From NCBI GenBank assembly GCA_035703635.1, contig DASSXV010000023.1:34298-98297 (forward strand): a stretch of 64,000 nucleotides of DNA. The letters run 5' to 3'. Both the position numbers and the translations under genes were made by a program. The notes below the pieces were generated by a model. It was not told where the DNA came from and did not search any database. It saw only the letters and a list, made by a program, of their open reading frames with translations. The DNA comes from Trueperaceae bacterium. GTDB taxonomy: Bacteria; Deinococcota; Deinococci; Deinococcales; Trueperaceae. Below are positions 56,643 to 64,000 of this stretch, in pieces. The first letter of the stretch is position 1. Each line of letters opens with the position of its first letter.

Positions 56643-57056
56643 ATGGCATTGACCGAAGTAGTAGTACTTATTCCCGAAGACCGCGTAGGCGACTTCTACC
56701 GCGTTGTGGGCGCATGGATGGGCGGCGCCAACCTCATCGACGAAGCCGCGGCTCCCCGCGGCCGCCGCCGCGCCGGCGCAGACGGCGCCACTCCTACGCT
56801 GTCGTCAAGCAGCCGCTACGCCCCTCTTCACCGGCACCTCGCAGGGGTCTCCAAGGAACTCAAGTCGTACGAGATGAGCTTCGACGAGATCACGACCGTG
56901 ATGGGCGCCGGCCTACCGCAATCGGCCCAGGACCACCGCGCCTGGTGGGCTAACACGGAGTCGCACTCGCAGGCGCTCGCCTGGATCTCGGCTGGCTGGA
57001 AGGTAGACGGCGTCGACCTCAACCACCGCCTCATCCACTTCACACGCGCGCGCTAG
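56643..57056 (+). CDS. Hypothetical protein with DUF7662-like domain
   Basis: Y.PL..HL...SFDEI....G..LP.SA..HRAWWAN...HSQA.AW..AGWKV..VDL; SD GGAG before ATG 56643. Confidence 0.65.
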   Translation: MALTEVVVLIPEDRVGDFYRVVGAWMGGANLIDEAAAPRGRRRAGADGATPTLSSSSRYAPLHRHLAGVSKELKSYEMSFDEITTVMGAGLPQSAQDHRAWWANTESHSQALAWISAGWKVDGVDLNHRLIHFTRAR

Positions 57057-57144
57057 ATCACCTTCAGCGCTCGTTCCGGCCCGGCGGCCCTTTCTGGGTG
57101 CTGGGCCGGAACCTTTGTGAGCGCGCGCGTGTTTAGATGCGGCC

Positions 57145-58494
57145 ATGAAGAAGCTGCCGAGCGAAGTCGCCGCATACTCACTCGAGGCGCTGCAGCGCCT
57201 TGTCAAGATCCCTTCGGTTTCCGCGGAGGGCCGGGCGTTGCCGGAGGCGGCGGCCGCCGTCGCGGACTTGCTGACCGGTCTAGGGGCCAGCACGGAAGTG
57301 CACGCCACGGCCGGTGCGCCAGTGGTGTTCGCTGAGCATCCGGCTCAGCCCGGCTACCCGACCATCCTCTTCTACAACCACTACGACGTGCAGCCGGCCG
57401 ACCCGCTCGCCGAGTGGCATAGCGATCCGTTCGTGCTTACCCAAGTCGGCGATACGTGGTACGGCCGCGGCGTCTCGGATGACAAGAGCGAGCTCGTTTC
57501 GCGGCTGGCGGCGTTGCGCTGGTACCGCGAGGAACACGGCTCCATCCCGTTCGGCTTCAAGTTCGTAGTGGAGGGCGAGGAGGAGGTAGGCAGCCCGAAC
57601 CTCGCGGCTTACGTGGCTGAGAACGCCGAGCGCTTGCGTGCCGACGGTTGCGTGTGGGAGTTCGGCGGCGTTACCGCCAGCGGCGCCCCGATGACCTACT
57701 TCGGCCTCAAGGGCGTCGTGTGCCTCGAGCTGAACGTCCGCACGGCCGGGCACGACCTGCACTCCTCACTTGGCGCGGTCGTCGAGAACCCCATCTACCG
57801 GTTGGCGCAGGCGTTGACTTCGCTGCGCGACGCGAACGGGCGCGTCCTGATCGACGGCTTCTATGCCGACGTGGCCCCGTTGACGGCAGGAGAGCAGGCG
57901 CTGCTCGCCGCGTTGCCGGACGAGGCGGCCGAACTGGCGTCGGTCTATGGCGTTAGCGGCTACTTGGGAGGCGTGACGGGAAGCGAGTTCCAACGCGTGC
58001 GCCTCATGGAACCGAACATCAACTACAACGGTTTCACTGCCGGCTACTCGGGGCCGGGCTCCAAGACGGTGCTACCGGCGACGGCCAGCGCGAAGCTCGA
58101 CATCAGGCTCGTGCCGCGCCAGGACCCAGCGAAGGTCTTGGCTGGGTTGCGCGCGCACCTTGACCGTTTGGGGTTCACCGACATAGAGCTGACGGAGTTG
58201 GAGATGAGCGAGTTCGCCGCCCGCTCGGACGTCGATCACCCGTTCGTGCAGGCCACCATCTCTGCCTTACGCGAGGTGTACGGCCGCGAGCCGGTCGCTT
58301 ACCCGAACAGCGCCGGCTCCGGCCCGATGCACCCCTTCCTCGAGCACCTTGGCCTCCCGGTCGTCGGCCTCGGTTGCGGCCACCCTGGGTCGCGGGCGCA
58401 TAGCCCTAACGAGAACGTGCGCCTAGCCGACTTCGAACTGGGCGTGGCGTCCGTCAAGCGCCTCTGCGAGGTGTTCGGCGGACTGCCGCGCTGA
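57145..58494 (+). CDS. M20/M25/M40 metallopeptidase (dipeptidase/ArgE-DapE-like)
   Basis: YNHYDVQP, GRGVSDDK, EGEEEVGS, DLHS, HSPNE. Confidence 0.95.
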   Translation: MKKLPSEVAAYSLEALQRLVKIPSVSAEGRALPEAAAAVADLLTGLGASTEVHATAGAPVVFAEHPAQPGYPTILFYNHYDVQPADPLAEWHSDPFVLTQVGDTWYGRGVSDDKSELVSRLAALRWYREEHGSIPFGFKFVVEGEEEVGSPNLAAYVAENAERLRADGCVWEFGGVTASGAPMTYFGLKGVVCLELNVRTAGHDLHSSLGAVVENPIYRLAQALTSLRDANGRVLIDGFYADVAPLTAGEQALLAALPDEAAELASVYGVSGYLGGVTGSEFQRVRLMEPNINYNGFTAGYSGPGSKTVLPATASAKLDIRLVPRQDPAKVLAGLRAHLDRLGFTDIELTELEMSEFAARSDVDHPFVQATISALREVYGREPVAYPNSAGSGPMHPFLEHLGLPVVGLGCGHPGSRAHSPNENVRLADFELGVASVKRLCEVFGGLPR

Positions 58495-58499
58495 CTTGC

Positions 58500-59051
58500 T
58501 TAGACGTACTCCGGCTTCAGGCGTTCGAGGTAGAGCTTGCGGAACTTCGCTACCTTCGGCGCGATGACGGCCGCGCAGTAAGGCTGGCGGGGGTTCTTGG
58601 CGAAGTAATCGTCGTGGTAGGCCTCGGCAGGGTAGAAGGTAGCGAGCGGCTCTAGCTCCGTTACGAGCGGGTCGGCGTAGATGCCGTTGGCCTTCACTTC
58701 AGCCATGACGGCCTCCGCCGTCTGGCGCTGCTCCTCACCCTGGTAGTAGATGGCGGAGCGGTACTGCGTACCGATGTCGTTGCCCTGCCTGTCCTTGGTC
58801 GTCGGGTCGTGAACGGTGAAGAACACGCGCAGGATGTCGGCGTAACTAACGACGGCAGGGTCGAACTCGAGCTTCACTACCTCGGCGTGGCCGGTCCTAC
58901 CCGTACACACCTGCTCGTACGTCGGGTTGGCTACATGCCCGCCCGCGTAACCAGAACTCACCTTGCTAACGCCGTTGAGGCCGTCGAAGACGGCCTCGAG
59001 GCACCAGAAGCAGCCACCAGCTAGGACCGCGGTAGATGTTGTCTCACTCAT
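58500..59051 (-). CDS. msrA: Peptide-methionine (S)-S-oxide reductase
   Basis: GGCFWC, GYAGG, TGHAE, HDPT..DRQGND.GTQYRS, AEAYH. Confidence 0.97.
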   Translation of the reverse strand: MSETTSTAVLAGGCFWCLEAVFDGLNGVSKVSSGYAGGHVANPTYEQVCTGRTGHAEVVKLEFDPAVVSYADILRVFFTVHDPTTKDRQGNDIGTQYRSAIYYQGEEQRQTAEAVMAEVKANGIYADPLVTELEPLATFYPAEAYHDDYFAKNPRQPYCAAVIAPKVAKFRKLYLERLKPEYV

Positions 59052-59077
59052 GGGTTCACTCTAGTCCCGCTTGGGCG

Positions 59078-60643
59078 TTAGGCCCAGTCGCGCAGGAACT
59101 CCACGAAGAGGCGCACGCCGTATCCAGTTGCGCCTGGCGTTAGGTAAGCCTTGCCCTTCGGGCTGTCGACGAGGGCCATGCCCGCCATGTCGAGGTGCGC
59201 CCACGGGTAGTCGGTGAACGCCTGCAGGAAGACGGCGGCCGTGCCGACGCCGCCCTGCGCTCCACCCGTGTTCTTGAGGTCGGCGACTTGCGACTCGATG
59301 GTCGCGCGGTACTCCTCGAAGAGCGGCATGGGCCACACGCGTTCGTTGGTGGCGCCTGCCGCCGTCTCGAGGCGAGCGCGCAACGTCTGGTCGCTAGCGA
59401 ACAGGGACGCCGCCACGCCAGCGCCTAGTGCCGTCACGCTCGCACCCGTGAGGGTGGCGATGTCGACCACGGCGGCGGGCTCGAAGCTCTGCGCGTAAAC
59501 GAGGGCGTCGGCTAGGGCCAAGCGGCCCTCGGCGTCGGTGGAGAGGACCTCGATGCTTAGTCCGTTGCTGGCGATCAGCACGTCTGACGGTCTGAAGGCC
59601 GCGCCGTCCGGCATGTTCTCTACGCATGGGCAGAGGGCAACGACGCGCACGTTGAGGTCGAGTTCGGCAACTGCCTGCATGGCGCCGAGCACGGCGGCGG
59701 CGCCCGCCATGTCCGATTTCATGGGGATCATGCCGTCGCGCGACTTGAGCGAGAGGCCGCCGCTGTCGAAAGTGACGCCCTTGCCGATGAGCACGACGAG
59801 GGGGAGGTCGGTGCGCCCGGCGTTGTGGACTAGTTCGATGAAGCGCGGCTCGTGGGCTGAGCCCTTGGCGACCGCGAGGAAGGCGCCCATCTTGCGCTCC
59901 GCCGCCCAGGCCCTATCGCCGATGGCGACGCCAAGGCCAGTGCGCTCAGCCAACGTGAGGGCGGTCTGGGCGAGGTACTCGGGGGTGGCGTACACGGGCG
60001 GCAAGTTGACGAGGTCGCGTGCCAGCGCAACGCCGCGGGCAACGGCGTGCGCTGCTAGCGCGCCGTCTAGGTGGTTCGCCCTCTGCGTTTCGTCTGGCTC
60101 GACTAGTGTGATCTGCTCGAGGCCCGTGGCCGGAGCCTTGGCCATCTCGCGCCAGCCGCCGTAGCGGTAGCTCGCAAGTAGGGCGCCCTCTAGCGTGGCT
60201 TGAGCAGCCTCGCTAGGCGCCAGGCCGCCAACGCCTGCGCCTGCGCCGTGGATGGCGGTGGCGAGGTTGGTGGCTCCGAGGTCGCGGGCTTTGAGGGCGG
60301 CAGCTGCGGACGCACGCCGCAGCGCTTCTGGCCCGAACGTCGCGCGGTCGCCTAGGCCAGCGACGAGGACGCGCAGCGCCTTGACGCCAGTCGTTGGGTA
60401 GAGCGCGGTGACTTCTCCTAGCTTGCCGCTGATGTCGCCGCTGGCGCTCAGCCTGGCGATGACGCCGCCGAGCGCGGCATCTACTGCTGCAGCGGCGTCG
60501 TCTTGCGGCGAGGTGCCCGAGAAGTGGCCGATGACGATGGCGTCCGCGGCCACGTCGGCGATGTTGGCGGTCACTACTTCGCTGTTCGGCAGCCGGGGGA
60601 GTCCGAGGCGAGGCCCCTCGCGGACGGTTCTATCGCTAGGCAT
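59078..60643 (-). CDS. pepA: Leucyl aminopeptidase (M17)
   Basis: GKGVTFDSGG, MKSDMAG, STDAEGRL.LAD, DIATLTG, WAHLDMAG; SD GGAGG before ATG 60643. Confidence 0.95.
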   Translation of the reverse strand: MPSDRTVREGPRLGLPRLPNSEVVTANIADVAADAIVIGHFSGTSPQDDAAAAVDAALGGVIARLSASGDISGKLGEVTALYPTTGVKALRVLVAGLGDRATFGPEALRRASAAAALKARDLGATNLATAIHGAGAGVGGLAPSEAAQATLEGALLASYRYGGWREMAKAPATGLEQITLVEPDETQRANHLDGALAAHAVARGVALARDLVNLPPVYATPEYLAQTALTLAERTGLGVAIGDRAWAAERKMGAFLAVAKGSAHEPRFIELVHNAGRTDLPLVVLIGKGVTFDSGGLSLKSRDGMIPMKSDMAGAAAVLGAMQAVAELDLNVRVVALCPCVENMPDGAAFRPSDVLIASNGLSIEVLSTDAEGRLALADALVYAQSFEPAAVVDIATLTGASVTALGAGVAASLFASDQTLRARLETAAGATNERVWPMPLFEEYRATIESQVADLKNTGGAQGGVGTAAVFLQAFTDYPWAHLDMAGMALVDSPKGKAYLTPGATGYGVRLFVEFLRDWA

Positions 60644-60727
60644 GTTCCCTCCTGGGTGGCGCGTCGGCGCCGCTGTGGCCATGCTACCGCTGGCGCCGTT
60701 CGTTAAGGATCGACTAGCGCAAGGGGG

Positions 60728-60808
60728 TTTACATAGTCGGGTTGGCCGACTATCATCTCTCAATCGGCACGGCGTATGGCGATGCGAGAACGTCTCACCA
60801 TACGAGAC
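60728..60808 (+). promoter_or_regulatory. Promoter TTTACA-N17-TATCAT with candidate IclR operators
   Basis: -35 at 60728-33, -10 at 60751-56; inverted repeats ATAGTCGG-N5-CCGACTAT (60733-53) and GTCTC-N7-GAGAC (60792-808). Confidence 0.55.
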
Positions 60809-60837
60809 TCAAGGCAGTCACTTGGCCTCCACTGGAG

Positions 60838-61617
60838 ATGACCTTGCCAAACCAGTACGTCATCCAATCAGCTCTGCGCACCCTCCAAGTACTCTTGGCG
60901 TTCGGCAAGCCGCCGCACCGCTACGGCCTAGCCGACCTGCAGCAGGTGACGCCGTTCGAGAAGAACCAGCTCTACCGCTCACTTCGCACCCTCGAAGCTG
61001 GTGGTTTCATCGTCGCAGACAGTAGCGGTCGCTACACCGTCACCCCTATCGCCAACGTCCTCAGCGCGGCCAGCGCCCACGGGCGGCCCCACACGCTCGT
61101 CGAGGTCGCTTCACCGCAACTAGACGCGCTGGCCGACGAGACAGGGGAATCCGTGAACCTCAACGCCCTGGCTGGTGACCAAGCGGTCTGCCTTGACCGC
61201 CGCGAGAGTGCCCACAAGGTGCGCCTCGCTTCGGTGCTCGGCCAAGCTGTGCCGCTGCACGCTGGCGCCGGACCGAAGGCGATGCTCGCGTTCCTCGACG
61301 AGGGCAGGCGCGCGCGCATCCTCGGTAGGCTCGCCTCTTACCCCAGCTACTCCGCGACCACGCTGCGCGACGCTCAACTCCTCGCCGAGGAACTCGAGGC
61401 CACCCGCGAGCGCGGTTACTCGATCAGTGACGAGGACTACGACGAGGGCGCCCGCGGTGTCGGCGCGCCGATCTTCGACGGTAGTGGCCAAGTCGTTGGC
61501 GCCGTCAGCGTCGGAGGCCCATCGTTCCGCGTCGGCCGTGAAGAGCTGACGCGCTTCGCACCGCTCATCGTCCGAGTCGCCAAGACCATCTCGCAGGGCC
61601 TCGGCTACTCAGGGTGA
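60838..61617 (+). CDS. IclR-family transcriptional regulator
   Basis: IQSALRTLQVL HTH; L..ETGESV; PLHAGA..KAMLA; RGYSISDE; GAPI; AVSV.GP. Confidence 0.93.
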   Translation: MTLPNQYVIQSALRTLQVLLAFGKPPHRYGLADLQQVTPFEKNQLYRSLRTLEAGGFIVADSSGRYTVTPIANVLSAASAHGRPHTLVEVASPQLDALADETGESVNLNALAGDQAVCLDRRESAHKVRLASVLGQAVPLHAGAGPKAMLAFLDEGRRARILGRLASYPSYSATTLRDAQLLAEELEATRERGYSISDEDYDEGARGVGAPIFDGSGQVVGAVSVGGPSFRVGREELTRFAPLIVRVAKTISQGLGYSG

Positions 61618-61637
61618 GGAATCTCAAGGAGGACCGC

Positions 61638-63242
61638 ATGCCCCCGATCCGTGTCTTTCGTAAAGCTCGTAGGCTACTCGCAGCTGCACTGCTGCTCGTA
61701 GCCGCCTCGGCCCTAACGGCCAGCGCGCAGGACTACGACCCGAAGGGTTCGTTGACCTTCGCGACCAACGCCGACCCAACCCTCAACCCGTGGAACGCCT
61801 CGGCCGTCATCGAGTCGAACCTCATCAACACGATCCTCTTCGACCAGCTCGTGCGTTACGACCCGACCGACCTGCGCCCAGCCCCAGGCCTCGCCGAGAG
61901 CTGGGAGACCGCGGCCGATGGCCTTAGCTGGACCTTCCACCTGCGCCAGGACGTCACCTGGTCGGACGGCGAGAAGTTCAACGCGGACGACGTCGTCTTC
62001 ACCTTCAACGACGCCATCCTCGTCAAGGAGCTCGGCGCCAACCGCGCCTCGACGTTCACGCCCGTAGACCGGGTCGTCAAGGTCGACGATTACACCGTCG
62101 TCTTCGAGCTCAACAAGCCGTTCTCCTCGCTTCCCTACTACCTCGCCTACTACTCGGGGATGCTGCCGGAGCACGTGCTCAAGGGCGCGGAGAACCCGCT
62201 GACCGTGGCCTCGTTCAACAAGGGCAAGCCCGTCGTCACCGGCCCGTACCGCGTGGACGAGTTCGTGTCTGGCGCCTACGTTCGCCTCGTGCCGAACGAG
62301 AACTACTGGGGACCAAAGCCCAAGCTCGCCTCCATCACTTTCAACATCATTCCCGACGGCAACGCCCAAGTGGCGCAGCTCCTCGCTGGCGGCCTCGACA
62401 TGGTGTCTATCACCAACCCGGCGCTCCTCGCGGGCGTGTCGCGTAACCCCAACCTCGAGGTCATCCGCCAGAGCCAGAACATCTGGTACTTCGTCGCCCT
62501 CAACCTCGACGACCCGCGCTTCCAGGACGTACGCGTGCGCCAGGCGCTCCTCAGCGCCATCGACCGCGAGGCCATGATCGCTGCCATCGTCGAAGGCTAC
62601 GGCGTTGAGGCCACCGGCCCGATCGCCCCGCTCCTCCAGGCCTTCTACGACACCGACGTCGCTCACTGGCCCTACGACCCAGAACTAGCCAAGTCCCTCC
62701 TCGCAGACGCAGGCTGGACGCCAGGCGCGGACGGCATCCTGCAGAAGGACGGCGAGCGCCTCACCATCGACATGCCGACCGGCCAGTTCGGTTACCTCGT
62801 GCCAGCCACGCTGCTCGTCCAGCAGTACTGGGAAGACGTCGGCGTCGAAGTGAAGGTAGACACGATCGAGTGGAACGCCTTCATCCAGAAGGCCGTGGTC
62901 AACCGCGACTACGACGCCATGCTGGCGTGGTGGAGCACCCCGCCCACCCCAGACCAGTCCGGTTACTTCGCCTCGGCAGCCGCCGAGGTCGGCAACAACA
63001 TCCCCAACTACCGCAACCCCGAGCTCGACGCCCTGTGGGAAGAGGGCCGCGCAGCCACCACCCTCGACGACCAGATCGCCATCTACAAGCAGGTGCAGCA
63101 GATCATCGCCGAGGAACTGCCTTACCTCTTCCTCTGGTACCCGGACATGATCGCGGTGCGCAACACGCGCATCGGCGGCATGTACGACATCAATAGCGCA
63201 GCGAACTTCCAGTACTCGTTCAACTGGTTCGTCAAGCCGTAA
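61638..63242 (+). CDS. Family-5 ABC substrate-binding protein
   Basis: SD AGGAGG; signal peptide; PGLAESWE, FHLRQDVTWSDGEKFNADDVVFTF, TGPY. Confidence 0.95.
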   Translation: MPPIRVFRKARRLLAAALLLVAASALTASAQDYDPKGSLTFATNADPTLNPWNASAVIESNLINTILFDQLVRYDPTDLRPAPGLAESWETAADGLSWTFHLRQDVTWSDGEKFNADDVVFTFNDAILVKELGANRASTFTPVDRVVKVDDYTVVFELNKPFSSLPYYLAYYSGMLPEHVLKGAENPLTVASFNKGKPVVTGPYRVDEFVSGAYVRLVPNENYWGPKPKLASITFNIIPDGNAQVAQLLAGGLDMVSITNPALLAGVSRNPNLEVIRQSQNIWYFVALNLDDPRFQDVRVRQALLSAIDREAMIAAIVEGYGVEATGPIAPLLQAFYDTDVAHWPYDPELAKSLLADAGWTPGADGILQKDGERLTIDMPTGQFGYLVPATLLVQQYWEDVGVEVKVDTIEWNAFIQKAVVNRDYDAMLAWWSTPPTPDQSGYFASAAAEVGNNIPNYRNPELDALWEEGRAATTLDDQIAIYKQVQQIIAEELPYLFLWYPDMIAVRNTRIGGMYDINSAANFQYSFNWFVKP

Positions 63243-63259
63243 CCAGCTTAGGAGCCTAG

Positions 63260-64000
63260 GTGACCGCGTACATCCTCCGCAGGATCGGGCTTGGCATCAT
63301 CGTGCTGTGGCTCGTCTCGGTGGTGACGTTCTTCCTCATCAACCTGGCGCCAGGCGGACCGTCCGCTGCCGTTAGCTTCGAACGCACAGCGTCTGAACGC
63401 GAAGCGCTCCTGAAGCTCTACGGCCTAGACGACCCCGTCCTCGTGCGCTACGGCAAGTGGTTGGGCGGGGTAGTGCGCGGTGACCTTGGCGTCAGCTACA
63501 ACCAGGGCCTACCGGTAGCGTTGCTCCTCAAGCAGCGGCTACCGAACACCCTCACCCTCGGCCTCGCGGCGCTCCTGACGGCCACCATCCTCGGCATCCT
63601 GCTCGGGACGCTGGCGGCTGTCTACCGCAACGGTTGGGTTGACCACCTGGTCAGCACCATCACCACCCTCGGCATGTCGATCCCCGGCTTCTGGCTGGGG
63701 ATCGTCGCCATCATCCTGTTCGCGGTCGAGCTGCGCTGGTTGCCCGCCTCCGGCATCGTTAGTTCAGGCCGCTCCGCCGACTTTCTCGACCGCATGAAGC
63801 ACCTCGTCATGCCCGCAGGCGTGCTGGCATTCACCCTTATGCCGAACGTCGTGCGCGTAACGCGCTCCGCGCTGCTCGAGGTCAACCGCGCTGACTACGT
63901 GCGCACCGCTAAGGGTAAGGGCCTGCCACCTAACCGGGTGCTCTTCAAGCACGCCTTCAAGAACGCCCTCGTGCCCGTCCTGGCCGTGCTCGGGCTCGTG
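63260..64000 (+). CDS. Peptide ABC permease DppB-type, 3'-truncated by window edge
   Basis: GTG ACC GCG TAC ATC CTC CGC AGG; YGLDDP..VRY, GDLG.S, DYVRTAKGKGL. Confidence 0.93.
   Translation, partial: MTAYILRRIGLGIIVLWLVSVVTFFLINLAPGGPSAAVSFERTASEREALLKLYGLDDPVLVRYGKWLGGVVRGDLGVSYNQGLPVALLLKQRLPNTLTLGLAALLTATILGILLGTLAAVYRNGWVDHLVSTITTLGMSIPGFWLGIVAIILFAVELRWLPASGIVSSGRSADFLDRMKHLVMPAGVLAFTLMPNVVRVTRSALLEVNRADYVRTAKGKGLPPNRVLFKHAFKNALVPVLAVLGLV

Overview
High-GC bacterial chromosome segment. It is probably from Deinococcota (Truepera-like), inferred from gene content, frequent leaderless TANNNT-N6-ATG starts and a c-di-GMP-II-type riboswitch. The window has five parts. (1) 1-5.4 kb: end of a sugar ABC operon, HAD phosphatase, DUF2249 fusion, MFS, flavin monooxygenase and hydrolase. 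(2) 5.5-16.9 kb: a divergent locus with two ATPase-less family-5 (Dpp/Opp) ABC importers, two tandem paralogous TPR proteins, a long GntR regulator, a tautomerase lacking catalytic Pro1 and a D-2-hydroxyacid dehydrogenase. (3) 16.9-25 kb: UgpBAE-like ABC, msrB, VOC protein, TDT transporter, a deacetylase-like protein and a Tat phosphoesterase. (4) 25-51.4 kb: a ~26 kb minus-strand surface-glycan locus with a pseudokinase Wzc, a c-di-GMP-II riboswitch, two paralogous uncharacterised lipoproteins, an FG-GAP propeller, a PglK-like ABC flippase, a nonulosonic-acid pathway lacking NeuC/LegG/PseG, glycosyltransferases, Wzy/WaaL, AsnB-like, pyruvyltransferase and DUF4910 genes. (5) 51.5-64 kb: housekeeping genes (MFS, oxidoreductases, M20, msrA, pepA) and an IclR-led peptide ABC operon cut by the window end. 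No rRNA, tRNA, CRISPR array or mobile element was recognised. All family calls come from motif recognition by eye; no searches were run.
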